Assembly: GCA_016188265.1 (NCBI GenBank)
Contig: JACPID010000007.1
Coordinates: 15,555-79,554, forward strand
Reading direction: 5' to 3'
Origin: Candidatus Woesearchaeota archaeon
GTDB lineage: Archaea; Nanobdellota; Nanobdellia; Woesearchaeales; ARS49
DNA length: 64,000 nt
The notes under the pieces were generated by a model, which was not told the origin of the DNA, did not search any database, and saw only the letters and a program-made list of their open reading frames with translations. Each line of letters starts with the position of its first letter. The stretch's first letter is position 1. Shown in pieces: positions 36,948-46,400 of the stretch. Both the position numbers and the translations under genes were made by a program.

Positions 36948-38351
36948 TTACCCTATTGAATTTTCCATTTCTAAATCTATTAATTTATTTAGTTCAACAG
37001 CATACTCTAAAGGAAGTTTTTTTGTTACATCAGAAATAAAACCTCCAACAATCATTTTAATTGCTTCTTCTTCTTTTAATCCTCGGCTCATCAAATAAAA
37101 AATTTCTTCATCTCCTACTTTTCCTACTGTTGCTTCATGAGATATTGTAACTTCATTATTGTCAATTTTCATGAAAGGATACGTGTTTGAGGTTGACTTA
37201 TTATCAATTAATAATGCATCGCAAACAACTCTGGAGGTTGTATTTTTTGCATTTTTTGCTGCACGTAAGTATCCTCTATATGATGATATTCCTCCGCCTT
37301 TGCTTATGCTTTTAGCTCGTATAGTTGAAGTTGTATTTGGTGCTGCATGTATTACTTTTGAGCCTGTATCTTGGTTTTGCCCTGGTCCTGCAAATGCTAT
37401 CCCTAAACTATCTGATATTGCTCCTTCCCCACGAAGAACGCTGCATGGGTAAAGCATAGTTATGCCACTACCCATATTTGCATTTATCCATTCTATTACA
37501 CCATTTTTATCAATAACTGCTCTTTTAGTGTTAAGATTATAAGTGTTTTTGCTCCAGTTTTCAACACTGCTATATCTTACTTTAGCATTTTCATGAACAA
37601 AAATTTCAACACAGCCTGCATGCAATGCATTTGCTTCAAATCTAGGGGCAGAACAACCTTCAATGTAAGAAATTTCACTTCCTTCATCAGCTATAATCAA
37701 TGTATGCTCGAACTGGCCTCCTCTTTCAGCATTCATCCTGAAGTATGCTTGAAGTGGAATGTTTACTTTTACTCCTTTTGGAACATAAATAAATGTCCCG
37801 CTACTCCATACTGCTGCATGAAGCATTACAAATTTATGATCATTTATCGGAACGCAGCTTGTCATAAAATATTTTTTAACTAATTCAGGATATTTTTTAA
37901 CTGCAACATCCATGTTTTCAAAAATAACTCCTTTATCTTCCCATTCTTTTTTGAGATTATGATATACACCGTCACTATCATATTGAAAACTTGCGCCTCC
38001 TAGGGAATGTTTTTCAGCTTCAGGAATTCCTATTTTTTCTGCTGTTTTTCTAATTTCTTCAGGAACATCTTCCCAGTGTGTTGATTCTTTTGCATCAGGT
38101 CTTACAAAATATGTTATTTGATTAAGATCAAGATTGCTTAAATTCGGACCCCAGTTTGGTATTTGTGTTTTTTGAAATAATTCAAATGCTTTAAGACGTT
38201 TTTGCAGCATCCAATCTGGTTCATTTTTTTGTTTTGAAATCTCAATAATAAGTTCTTTTGTTAGCCCTGGTTTAGCAATATATTTAGATCTATCTGGGTT
38301 TGCTTCATCATATATTGAACGGTCTATTTTAAGTTCAGTTACTTGTTTCAT
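36948..38351 (-). CDS. sufB: Fe-S cluster assembly protein SufB
   Basis: 467 aa with ISHEATVGKVGDEEIFYLMSRGL and GSKVIHAAPNTTS. Confidence 0.9.
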   Translation of the reverse strand: MKQVTELKIDRSIYDEANPDRSKYIAKPGLTKELIIEISKQKNEPDWMLQKRLKAFELFQKTQIPNWGPNLSNLDLNQITYFVRPDAKESTHWEDVPEEIRKTAEKIGIPEAEKHSLGGASFQYDSDGVYHNLKKEWEDKGVIFENMDVAVKKYPELVKKYFMTSCVPINDHKFVMLHAAVWSSGTFIYVPKGVKVNIPLQAYFRMNAERGGQFEHTLIIADEGSEISYIEGCSAPRFEANALHAGCVEIFVHENAKVRYSSVENWSKNTYNLNTKRAVIDKNGVIEWINANMGSGITMLYPCSVLRGEGAISDSLGIAFAGPGQNQDTGSKVIHAAPNTTSTIRAKSISKGGGISSYRGYLRAAKNAKNTTSRVVCDALLIDNKSTSNTYPFMKIDNNEVTISHEATVGKVGDEEIFYLMSRGLKEEEAIKMIVGGFISDVTKKLPLEYAVELNKLIDLEMENSIG

Positions 38352-38419
38352 ATTCTACAAAAATTAAAATTAACTATAGTTAACTAATATATAAGTGTTG
38401 CGGATTGTCAAGATAATAT

Positions 38420-38947
38420 TTATTTCTTGTACTTCTCCATTGTTCCCATAAATAATAGCCTTGGCAAAAACCTTCCTGTTTGCTTCATATACTCTGAGTA
38501 TTCTTTTCCTAATTTTTTTGCAAGAAATCGTTCTTCAATGATAGTTCTATACTTTAATGCAGGAACAACACATGTTAACCATAAAATAAGTCCAAAAAAA
38601 CTTGATAATGCCAGTGCAGCTCCCAGCCACATCAAGAAATATCCGGTATACATCGGGTGCCTGATTTTTTTGTAAATGCCTTCTTTTATTACTTTATGTT
38701 CTTTTTGTACCCTGACTTGGTAAGTGAAAAATTTTCCTAAAGTTAATCTTCCAGTTGTTCTTACTGCTATGCCAAAAAATAGCAAAACAAATCCTACCCA
38801 ATTCCACCACATAAAAGGAGGTGCATAAATGTAATTTTCTAAAAGCATAATAACTGCAGTTCCAACTAAAGCAATAAATAAGATAAATACTGTTTTATCT
38901 TTAAAATCTTTTAATTTGAAAGCTCTATAAAAATCTCCTTCAAACAC
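38420..38947 (-). CDS. Isoprenylcysteine carboxyl methyltransferase (ICMT/PEMT) family membrane methyltransferase
   Basis: GIYKKIRHPMYTGYFLMWLG motif, 4-5 TM helices. The GTG start codon lies inside the left edge of repeat copy A, so the start is uncertain. Confidence 0.7.
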   Translation of the reverse strand: MFEGDFYRAFKLKDFKDKTVFILFIALVGTAVIMLLENYIYAPPFMWWNWVGFVLLFFGIAVRTTGRLTLGKFFTYQVRVQKEHKVIKEGIYKKIRHPMYTGYFLMWLGAALALSSFFGLILWLTCVVPALKYRTIIEERFLAKKLGKEYSEYMKQTGRFLPRLLFMGTMEKYKK

Positions 38948-39121
38948 TAAGATTCCACTAGTGTTTCATTAGTGGTTTAGTAGTGGAATCTTGGTGTGCT
39001 CAAGCACTAGAAAATCGAAGATTTTCTGTGCACAGAAAATGCGTTGCATTTTCTTGTGAACCATTGGATGCTGAAACCGAAGTTTCATGTCACGGGTCTA
39101 TTGACCAGTGGTTCTTGACAT
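38941..39121 (+). repeat. 181-bp hairpin-rich direct repeat, copy A
   Basis: Differs from 41091-41271 at 3 positions (39064, 39090, 39094). Contains a 17-bp stem ACACTAAGATTCCACTA/TAGTGGAATCTTGGTGT. Also contains GTGC-TCAA-GCAC, AGAAAATC-GAA-GATTTTCT, GAAAATGC-GTT-GCATTTTC, TGAAAC-CGAA-GTTTCA, and GAACCATTGG/CCAGTGGTTC. Confidence 0.9.
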
Positions 39122-39270
39122 ATAAACGTAAGCAAAATCAATGCTCCAACAATAAGCCAAATCATAAATAAACTTAAAGTTCTGGTATTTAAATAATTTT
39201 GTCACTATATCGTTCTCAGATAAAGTTATAAATAGTTTAGTGTTACTGCCAGTAATAAAAAGGTGTTTAT

Positions 39271-40314
39271 ATGCAAATATCTGAATTGTCAAATATAGAG
39301 TTTTACCGCGGACAAACATTTGCAATAACAGGCCCAGTACATTCTGAAAAAACACTTGATTCTATACTTTTGAATAACCGCATAAATATTCACACACCAT
39401 ATAGATCATTAATGTTTACTAATGATATTAATTCTCGTGATGGCAAAGACCGCGTTGCTTCAGCTGCAGGATTAGAAAGCGGAGCAAAAACAGTTCCTGC
39501 TTCAAATCCTTGGAAGATCCTTGATTTTATTGAACAAGAACAAGCCCGTGAAACACTAGATGCACACGGCAAAAAAGGAGAATTACATGTTATTATTTTT
39601 GATGAATGCAATTTCTATAGCTCTGACTTTATAGACGTCATAGATAGAATACGATTGATCTATTCAAAAATAATACTAATTCTTACTGGTCTTAATTATA
39701 ATTTCAGAAGAGAGCAATTTGGAATAATGGGCTGGGCAAATAGCAATGCAAAAAAGATTGAACTTGAGTCAAACTGCAAAGTCGCAAAGTGGGGAAAACC
39801 CTGCGGAAAGTTAACGCAGTATACTGCCAGATTTATTAATTTTGAAAAATACAAAGCTCCAGTCAAGCCAGTTGATCTTATCGATAAGTACGGCAATCTT
39901 CTAAAACAACAATTTAGCTTTGATATGTTCTTTAGTCCGACCATCATCGTTGAAGAAACAGATGATGAAAAAAAGAAAAATGAAGAAAACAAAGGACGCA
40001 TTTATAGCGTAGCTTGTTTGGAGCATTTTCAGCTTCCTTTTGAAAAAGAAACTAAAGATATTCATTTGTTCATAAGAGAGGAATATAAAAAAACACAACA
40101 TCCTGTAAAATTAGAAACAGTCAAAAATGAGTTCAAAAAAACACAGCCTTTAGACAACATACTAACATTTCTTACATCAGAACGAGGAGTAATGTTTTCT
40201 GAAGATTCATTTTCTCTCAGAACATTTTACAAAGGCGTAGGAGAAGGGCATTATACGCCCGCCCAGTTAAATAATGGCATTTATATGCCTGGCCTGGAAA
40301 AAGAGTTTGTATAA
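39271..40314 (+). CDS. Thymidine-kinase-like protein with degenerate P-loop and about 150-aa C-terminal extension
   Basis: ITGPVHSEKT (vs GPMFSGKS/T), HVIIFDECNFY (vs IGIDEGQFF), LTGLNYNFRREQFG (vs AGLDGDFRGEPF), and Cys/His pairs NCKVAKWGKPC ... ACLEH in lasso/zinc position. Confidence 0.6.
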   Translation: MQISELSNIEFYRGQTFAITGPVHSEKTLDSILLNNRINIHTPYRSLMFTNDINSRDGKDRVASAAGLESGAKTVPASNPWKILDFIEQEQARETLDAHGKKGELHVIIFDECNFYSSDFIDVIDRIRLIYSKIILILTGLNYNFRREQFGIMGWANSNAKKIELESNCKVAKWGKPCGKLTQYTARFINFEKYKAPVKPVDLIDKYGNLLKQQFSFDMFFSPTIIVEETDDEKKKNEENKGRIYSVACLEHFQLPFEKETKDIHLFIREEYKKTQHPVKLETVKNEFKKTQPLDNILTFLTSERGVMFSEDSFSLRTFYKGVGEGHYTPAQLNNGIYMPGLEKEFV

Positions 40315-40332
40315 TTATTGATCTGATATAAA

Positions 40333-40752
40333 TTAATCAATTACTCTTTTTATTGTTGGAATTTTATCAAAGTCTTTGTCAAAAGAGTATATTTGTGATA
40401 TGCCAAATTTTTTCATAAGGGCTATTGCAAGACAGTCATTGATTCTTTTATTAAGTTCTTTTGACAAAAAGACTGCAGTTATATAATTGTTTTTTTCAAC
40501 AGAACAAATTTTTATATTTGGATTTTGAAGTAATGAATTTATTATATCTGATGTTTCTTTAATTGTGTAATATGCCTCTAATATGTTGATGCATTCTGAT
40601 ACATGAACTGTTGATGTTAATACTTTTTCACCTTGATCTATTTTTTTAAGTATATTCCTTGCTTTTTGTTTTAACACAATTTCAGAATTACTTAATTTTC
40701 TTTTTGGTTTTAGAAATGAGTGTATAAATACATTTGCATCTATAAAATTCAT
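40333..40752 (-). CDS. vapC: PIN-domain toxin VapC
   Basis: FIDANVF (Asp5), SECINILE, INDCLAIA, SFDKDF acidic quartet. 4-nt overlap with vapB. Confidence 0.8.
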   Translation of the reverse strand: MNFIDANVFIHSFLKPKRKLSNSEIVLKQKARNILKKIDQGEKVLTSTVHVSECINILEAYYTIKETSDIINSLLQNPNIKICSVEKNNYITAVFLSKELNKRINDCLAIALMKKFGISQIYSFDKDFDKIPTIKRVID

Positions 40753-40976
40753 TTTGATTTTAACAATTCATTTTTCAGAGAATGCCAGTCATTTAAATTG
40801 CTAGTAATATCAACTATCTTCTCAGGAATATCAGATAACTTTTTGTATTTGGCAGGGATTATTCTTAACTCTTGATCTTTTTGTATTAATAAAACCTTGT
40901 TTCCAAATTTTCTCCATTCTTTAGGCAGCATAATCCTACCTTGTGGATCTATGCTTCTTTCAATTGCTTTGATCAT
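40749..40976 (-). CDS. vapB: AbrB/SpoVT-family antitoxin VapB
   Basis: IDPQGRIMLPKEWRKF swapped-hairpin motif, 75 aa. Confidence 0.75.
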   Translation of the reverse strand: MIKAIERSIDPQGRIMLPKEWRKFGNKVLLIQKDQELRIIPAKYKKLSDIPEKIVDITSNLNDWHSLKNELLKSK

Positions 40977-41090
40977 AGATAATCTATATTATGATAATAT
41001 ATAAATTTTTTGGTAAAAAATCTAAATTTCCCAATTAAACCAATCTTTGAGTTACTTGATTATCAACAAAATGATCAGATCCTAATTTTT

Positions 41091-41271
41091 CAAACACTAA
41101 GATTCCACTAGTGTTTCATTAGTGGTTTAGTAGTGGAATCTTGGTGTGCTCAAGCACTAGAAAATCGAAGATTTTCTGTGCACAGAAAATGCGTTGCATT
41201 TTCTTGTGAACCACTGGATGCTGAAACCGAAGTTTCATGCCACTGGTCTATTGACCAGTGGTTCTTGACAT
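41091..41271 (+). repeat. 181-bp hairpin-rich direct repeat, copy B
   Basis: 178/181 identical to copy A in the same orientation. Lies 115 nt upstream of vapB and 9 nt from the GT9 stop. Confidence 0.9.
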
Positions 41272-41279
41272 TTAAATAA

Positions 41280-42359
41280 TTAACTCCCAAGCATCAATCT
41301 TATAATCGCATTCATAACTTCATCAACAGTTATGTCATGCATGCACTTGTATTTTTCTGTTTTTCTTAAACAGTCTGGAAAACAAGGTTTTGTATTATTA
41401 ATGCAGGGGCTGCATTCTAAATTTTTGTATAATGCTATGCTTTTATTATTATAAGGCCTCCATAATATTGGAGTATTTGGACCAAATAAGCCTATTGTAG
41501 GTATTCCTTGCGCTGCTGCAATATGCATTGGTCCTGTATCAATACTGATGAAAATATTGCACATTTTAATAAAAGAAAATAATTCTTTTGTAGAAAACAT
41601 TCCTGCAGCATTAATTGCTTTTGCTCTTGAATTATCAATTATTTCTTGAATTTTTTGTTTTTCTTGTTTAGTTCCAACAAGCACTATTTTTCCATAAGAT
41701 TCTAATTTTTTTATTAATTCAGGAAAATAAGGCCATAATCTTGTTTTTGATGCTGATTCAGCAGTTCCTGTGCAAATTCCTATTATTCTAGATTTATTAT
41801 TTTGTAGTTTAAAGTGTTTTAGGAATTTTTGAATATCTTCACCAGCAAGCTGTGTAGTATTTTTATTTTCAGCATTGATTAATTTAAGATAATTTTCTAC
41901 AACATGCTTGTTTTTATCATATTTTGATTTTTTAAAATACAGCAAAGATCTTAATCCATGAGAAAATCCAATTGTTATTTTTCCAAAATACATTGCAAGA
42001 AGAGCCGAACAATTCAAGTATGGTTCTCCGTCAATAACTAAATCATAAGCGCGAAATAATGCTAAATGTTTAAAAAATTCAGGAAATTCAAATAATATTA
42101 TTTTATTAACAAAACTTTGTCCTTCATAAACTGCTTTGTTTCTTTTTCTCGCATAAACATCTATTTGCGCTTCAGGATATTTTTTTTGCAGTTCTTTAAG
42201 CAACGGTAAAGTCAAGACACTGTCTCCTAATGCCCATAATTTAATGAAAAGTATTTTTGCAGGATTTTTATTTTTTCTTTGTAATAATGTGTAAGGCAAT
42301 AGCAACAAGATTAATATTGTTCCTATAAATTTATCAAATATTCTAAAGAAAGATATCAT
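41280..42359 (-). CDS. Glycosyltransferase family 9 (heptosyltransferase-like), second copy
   Basis: ILFIKLWALGDSVLTLPLLKELQKKYPE and IDTGPMHIAAAQGIPTIGLFGPNT. Confidence 0.75.
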   Translation of the reverse strand: MISFFRIFDKFIGTILILLLLPYTLLQRKNKNPAKILFIKLWALGDSVLTLPLLKELQKKYPEAQIDVYARKRNKAVYEGQSFVNKIILFEFPEFFKHLALFRAYDLVIDGEPYLNCSALLAMYFGKITIGFSHGLRSLLYFKKSKYDKNKHVVENYLKLINAENKNTTQLAGEDIQKFLKHFKLQNNKSRIIGICTGTAESASKTRLWPYFPELIKKLESYGKIVLVGTKQEKQKIQEIIDNSRAKAINAAGMFSTKELFSFIKMCNIFISIDTGPMHIAAAQGIPTIGLFGPNTPILWRPYNNKSIALYKNLECSPCINNTKPCFPDCLRKTEKYKCMHDITVDEVMNAIIRLMLGS

Positions 42360-42688
42360 TTTTTCTTTTTAAGAAGCGCCATTTCCCTAACAATAACTGT
42401 GAGGTTCTGATCTAATGTTTCAATTTTAACATAAATTCTAAATAAAAGATAAAAAATTAAAACTATGCTTGAATAAATTATTATATCAACAGGCCTGTTA
42501 ATTCCAACAATATTTGAAAATAAACGTATAATATCTGGAAAAAATGCTACAATAATTACGCTCATCCAAATGCTTGTCCAAAATCCAAATTCATAGGAAG
42601 TTATTTTTTTGTCTTTAAAACGAAGTACAGCCCTGCTCCATGCAAAAAGCGCGAATATTATTGCTAAAATTTGCAGTATTGTTATCAT
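42356..42688 (-). CDS. DUF2304-like small membrane protein (GT2-associated)
   Basis: 110 aa, 3 TM helices, C-terminal amphipathic helix. Coupled between the GT9 and GT2 genes. Confidence 0.55.
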   Translation of the reverse strand: MITILQILAIIFALFAWSRAVLRFKDKKITSYEFGFWTSIWMSVIIVAFFPDIIRLFSNIVGINRPVDIIIYSSIVLIFYLLFRIYVKIETLDQNLTVIVREMALLKKKK

Positions 42689-43353
42689 TTTGCTAATTTT
42701 TGAATAAACATTTTAAATAATATTCTGAAAGCATTCAAAGTGCTTTGTCCGTGTTTTATTGAGTAATTTGTATACTCTATTGTAACTGGAACTTCAACAT
42801 ATGATAATTTTTTCAATTTTATTTGCTCCAATATTTCAGAAGCATGCTCCATGCCATTGCTTTTTATTTTTATAGTTTCTGCAGCTCTTCTAGTTAAAGC
42901 TCTAAGTCCATTATGTGAATCTGTAAGCTTAATATCATACATAAATCTGATAATAATTGCACCTGTTTTCAAAAATAGTTTTCTAATAAGCGGTGTTTTA
43001 TTTTTTTTTAAAAATCTTGAACCTAGCGCAATGTCAACATTGTACTCTTTTAAAGCATTTATTAATTTTGGTATATCTTCTGGACTATGTTGGCCGTCTG
43101 CATCAAAAGTTATAATAGTATCTGCACCCTTTTCAAGTGAGTATTTTATTCCAGTTTGTAAAGATGCCCCTTGTCCTCTATTAACAATGTGGCGTAAAGT
43201 TGTTGTATATCTTGATGCAATTTGTGCAGTATTATCTTTACTTCCATCATCAACAACTACAATATTTTTATAACCTTTTTTTTGAATTTTAGTAATAACA
43301 GATTCAATGCTTAAACCTTCATTAAAAGCAGGAATTATGATATAAGGCTGCAT
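42685..43353 (-). CDS. Glycosyltransferase family 2
   Basis: IIIPAFNEG, VVVDDGSKDNT, TFDADGQH. ATG (MQPYIII) preferred over the track TTG at 43398. Confidence 0.85.
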   Translation of the reverse strand: MQPYIIIPAFNEGLSIESVITKIQKKGYKNIVVVDDGSKDNTAQIASRYTTTLRHIVNRGQGASLQTGIKYSLEKGADTIITFDADGQHSPEDIPKLINALKEYNVDIALGSRFLKKNKTPLIRKLFLKTGAIIIRFMYDIKLTDSHNGLRALTRRAAETIKIKSNGMEHASEILEQIKLKKLSYVEVPVTIEYTNYSIKHGQSTLNAFRILFKMFIQKLAK

Positions 43354-43432
43354 TGAAAAATACAGGAAAATCTCTTTTTTATGTTTTGTGCATGTCAAGA
43401 ACTACCTGCTAAAGTAGGTAGCTATGCTGGCA

Positions 43433-46400
43433 TTATAATATGTTTTCAATCTTAATTCTGAAAAATAGTGTATTATTCCCAAAAACAGGCGGCGCATTCA
43501 TTGAAGCTAGTGTTTCTGGAGTTATTGATATTATTTTTTCATCATTTTTTTTCATACCCATAAGTTGATTTGCAACCATATTTAATGCACCAGCACTGCC
43601 AAGTGTTATTTGTTCTGGGCTTGTCTCAATATTTTCAAAGCTAATATCTTTTGAAATATTCATACTCTGCCATTCTTTTATTGTACTAGCAATTATAGTT
43701 CCATTATCCAACCATGAAACATAATTTATTTTTATAATTGAATCTGGTTCTATATTGTTTTTTTCTTTTAATGCACTTAAAACATTAGGATCACCGCCAT
43801 CCCAGTCAACCTTCCATAAATAAATCTCACCTCCAATAGGCTGTTTAATACTGACAACTTTCTTAAAATACTTCAAGCCATGCCCTTCCATAAAGTATAA
43901 TTTTGTAAACATACTATTTGCAAGCTGAGGCCAAGTATAAAAACTAGCGTAACCTTCTCTTGTAGGAATTAAAACAGCAGAAAAAGCAATATTTGAATTA
44001 ATAAATCTCTTTGTAGTAATATTTTTTTCATTATTAAAGTAAATCAAAGAATAAGGAACAACATGAGCGCCATTAAACTCTATGAAGGTTTCATTAGATT
44101 TAACTCTTAAGCCATTAGAACAGTAAGTGCCGTCAGATTTAATCTCGCAATTAACAAAAGAACCAGTATCATATGCTGGCCAAGGAGAAATCCACTCATT
44201 AGCGCTATCCTCGCTAGTAATTGATTGAAGATCCCTATACAGCTTATCAGCTTCTTCTTCACTATAACCCTGCTCTTCAGCCCACTTGATTGCATCATCA
44301 CGTTTAAGTTTTTTAGCTTCAATCCAAGCAGCAGCACGCTTAAAATCCCATAAGCCAAAATGAGCCCAAACAGGAGCTTTTCCAATCATGTCATCAGAAG
44401 TAATAAAAAAATTCTCAGCAGGGCCACAATGAGTGTATTGTAAAATTTCATCAGGATTGTCAATTTGCTTACTTAATACTTGATTTGCATCTTCTTTTTT
44501 TAATTTTAGAATGCTGTATAAAATATCAATTGTTTTTGGTGTATTATTTATTTTTTTATTTAATTCTTCAAATGCTGTATTGCTTCCGCAAGCTAACATC
44601 CTGAGAATTCCGACAGCTTCTTTCTCATCATCAGTAACAAGAACACGGCCAATCCAATGAGCTATAGGAGTATTTTGCGATGCACCATCAAAAGTTACAG
44701 CCCTATCAGCAACAAACTTAAACTGATGGCCAAAATCCCACCAAGAAGTAATAATAGCGTCTTGTTTACTTTGTTCTTTTATTGTTATTAAAATGTTCCA
44801 CCAAGCATCATTCATAATTGGAAGATCAGACTGAGAAGCTGCAAAAGAAGAACGAACAAGCAATGAAAGAAAAAACAAGCCAACAATCATAACACCAACA
44901 AAAGAAACCCACAAAGGAGCCTTAAACTCTTTTTTCAAATAAATGTTGCAAAAATTAAACACAATACCAAAAGCACTGCCAAATAAAATTGCTAAAGGGG
45001 GCACGACAAGCATTAAAAAACGAATGCCCTTAGTAGTTGCATAAGCAGTAGCTAAAAACCAAACAACTAAAAATAATGAATAAATCATATGCTCCTTTTT
45101 TTTAACACTTTTTAACAAAAGAAAAACAGCTCCTGAAAGACAGATAAGCAAAATATCAGCGCCAAACTTTTCAAAAACACCCCTAATATCAAGAGCATTT
45201 AATTCAGCAACAGTTGTGTAAACATTAGGCCATAGATTCTCATGAGCTGCATTTTTTATAATAGTAAAGCCAAGCGGTTCAATCGGGCCTCTAATAAAAG
45301 CATTAAATCCTGCAAAAATTGATACAAATATTCCAGTTGTTAAAATAATAAGACCTGCATTTATCAAAAGCTTGTTAATGTGCTCTTTGGGATTTTCATC
45401 TGAGTTTTTAAAAACAAACAAGCCAACAAAATGAAGAGCAAAAGCTGCAAGAATAAAATCAAAAATATACCACCAAGACCAAACATAAGAATATAAACCA
45501 ATAAGAAACCCTGAGAGAACTGCAAATAATGCTTTTTTCTTTAAATCAACAGATTCTATCATTAAAAAGAAAAACCAAAAAATATAGAGCGGAAAAAATA
45601 TATTATAAGCATCAGTATCAGCATGACCCCACAAAGTCCTATTAAGAAAAGCAGCATGAAGAATTAAAAAACTTGCTGCCAATACACCGCCAATATCTCC
45701 TGCAAGCTTTCGTGTGATAAAAAATGCAGGAATCATTGACAATAAGGAAAAAATAAAAGGAAAATAAGCTGCAGACTGCATCAAAGGAATCTTTGGATTA
45801 AAAATTGAAAATACTTTATGTATGTATGCTAAAGTATAGTGATGAAAAGTACTTTCTACCTGTACACCGAGAGGTGCAAGCATATGATTATCCCAATCTT
45901 TTCCATCTTTTTTAACATCACCAGGAAAACCATGCTCAAGATAATTGCGAGCTCTTCTCAAAAAAGTATAAGGATCAATATCAGGCATATAAGTATAAGC
46001 TACATTGTTAACATCATAATGATACTGATCTTTCAACTGCCTTGAAAGATCTTTTTCTGCAGCTAAAATCTGTTGTTTTTGCTGGCTATATACATTATCA
46101 AACTGTTCAGAAAGTATTTTTTTCTTTTGGTCATCAGGAAGATTTGGATACTGTTTTTCTATTTGTAGTTGAACTTGATTTTTCAAATTGTTTTCAATAT
46201 TTTGCTTTGCAAGATTGTCAAATAATGGAAGATCCTGAGATAAAGAACGCATCCATATTCCGCCCCAGGGTAAAAATCCGGCATTTGGCATGAATTGTAA
46301 AATCATCAATAATAAAAGAATACACAATGAAGGATATTTTTTCATAAAATCAATTACGTACTTTATATCAAACTCATCATTATTTGTTTTAGCCTGATCT

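Noticed and set aside
36844-37098. Track ORF 36844-37098 (+) spanning the sufD/sufB junction
   Set aside because: It is antisense to two conserved genes and their 19-nt spacer, so it is spurious.
39112-39121. TTGACA at the end of the repeat family as a bacterial -35 promoter box
   Set aside because: The host is archaeal (TATA/BRE promoters), and no matching -10 lies at 17-bp spacing. It is treated only as a conserved repeat terminus.
38983-39355. Track ORFs 38983-39171 (+, 62 aa) and 39098-39355 (-, 85 aa)
   Set aside because: The first lies almost entirely inside the 181-bp hairpin repeat and has a GTG start. The second is antisense across the spacer and the start of the TK-like gene. Neither has an SD or motif support.
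38941-41271. Possibility that the 181-bp repeats are a CRISPR array or LTRs of a retro-element
   Set aside because: There are only two direct copies, 2 kb apart, with protein-coding genes between them. The repeats are far longer than CRISPR repeats, and no cas, RT or integrase genes are present.
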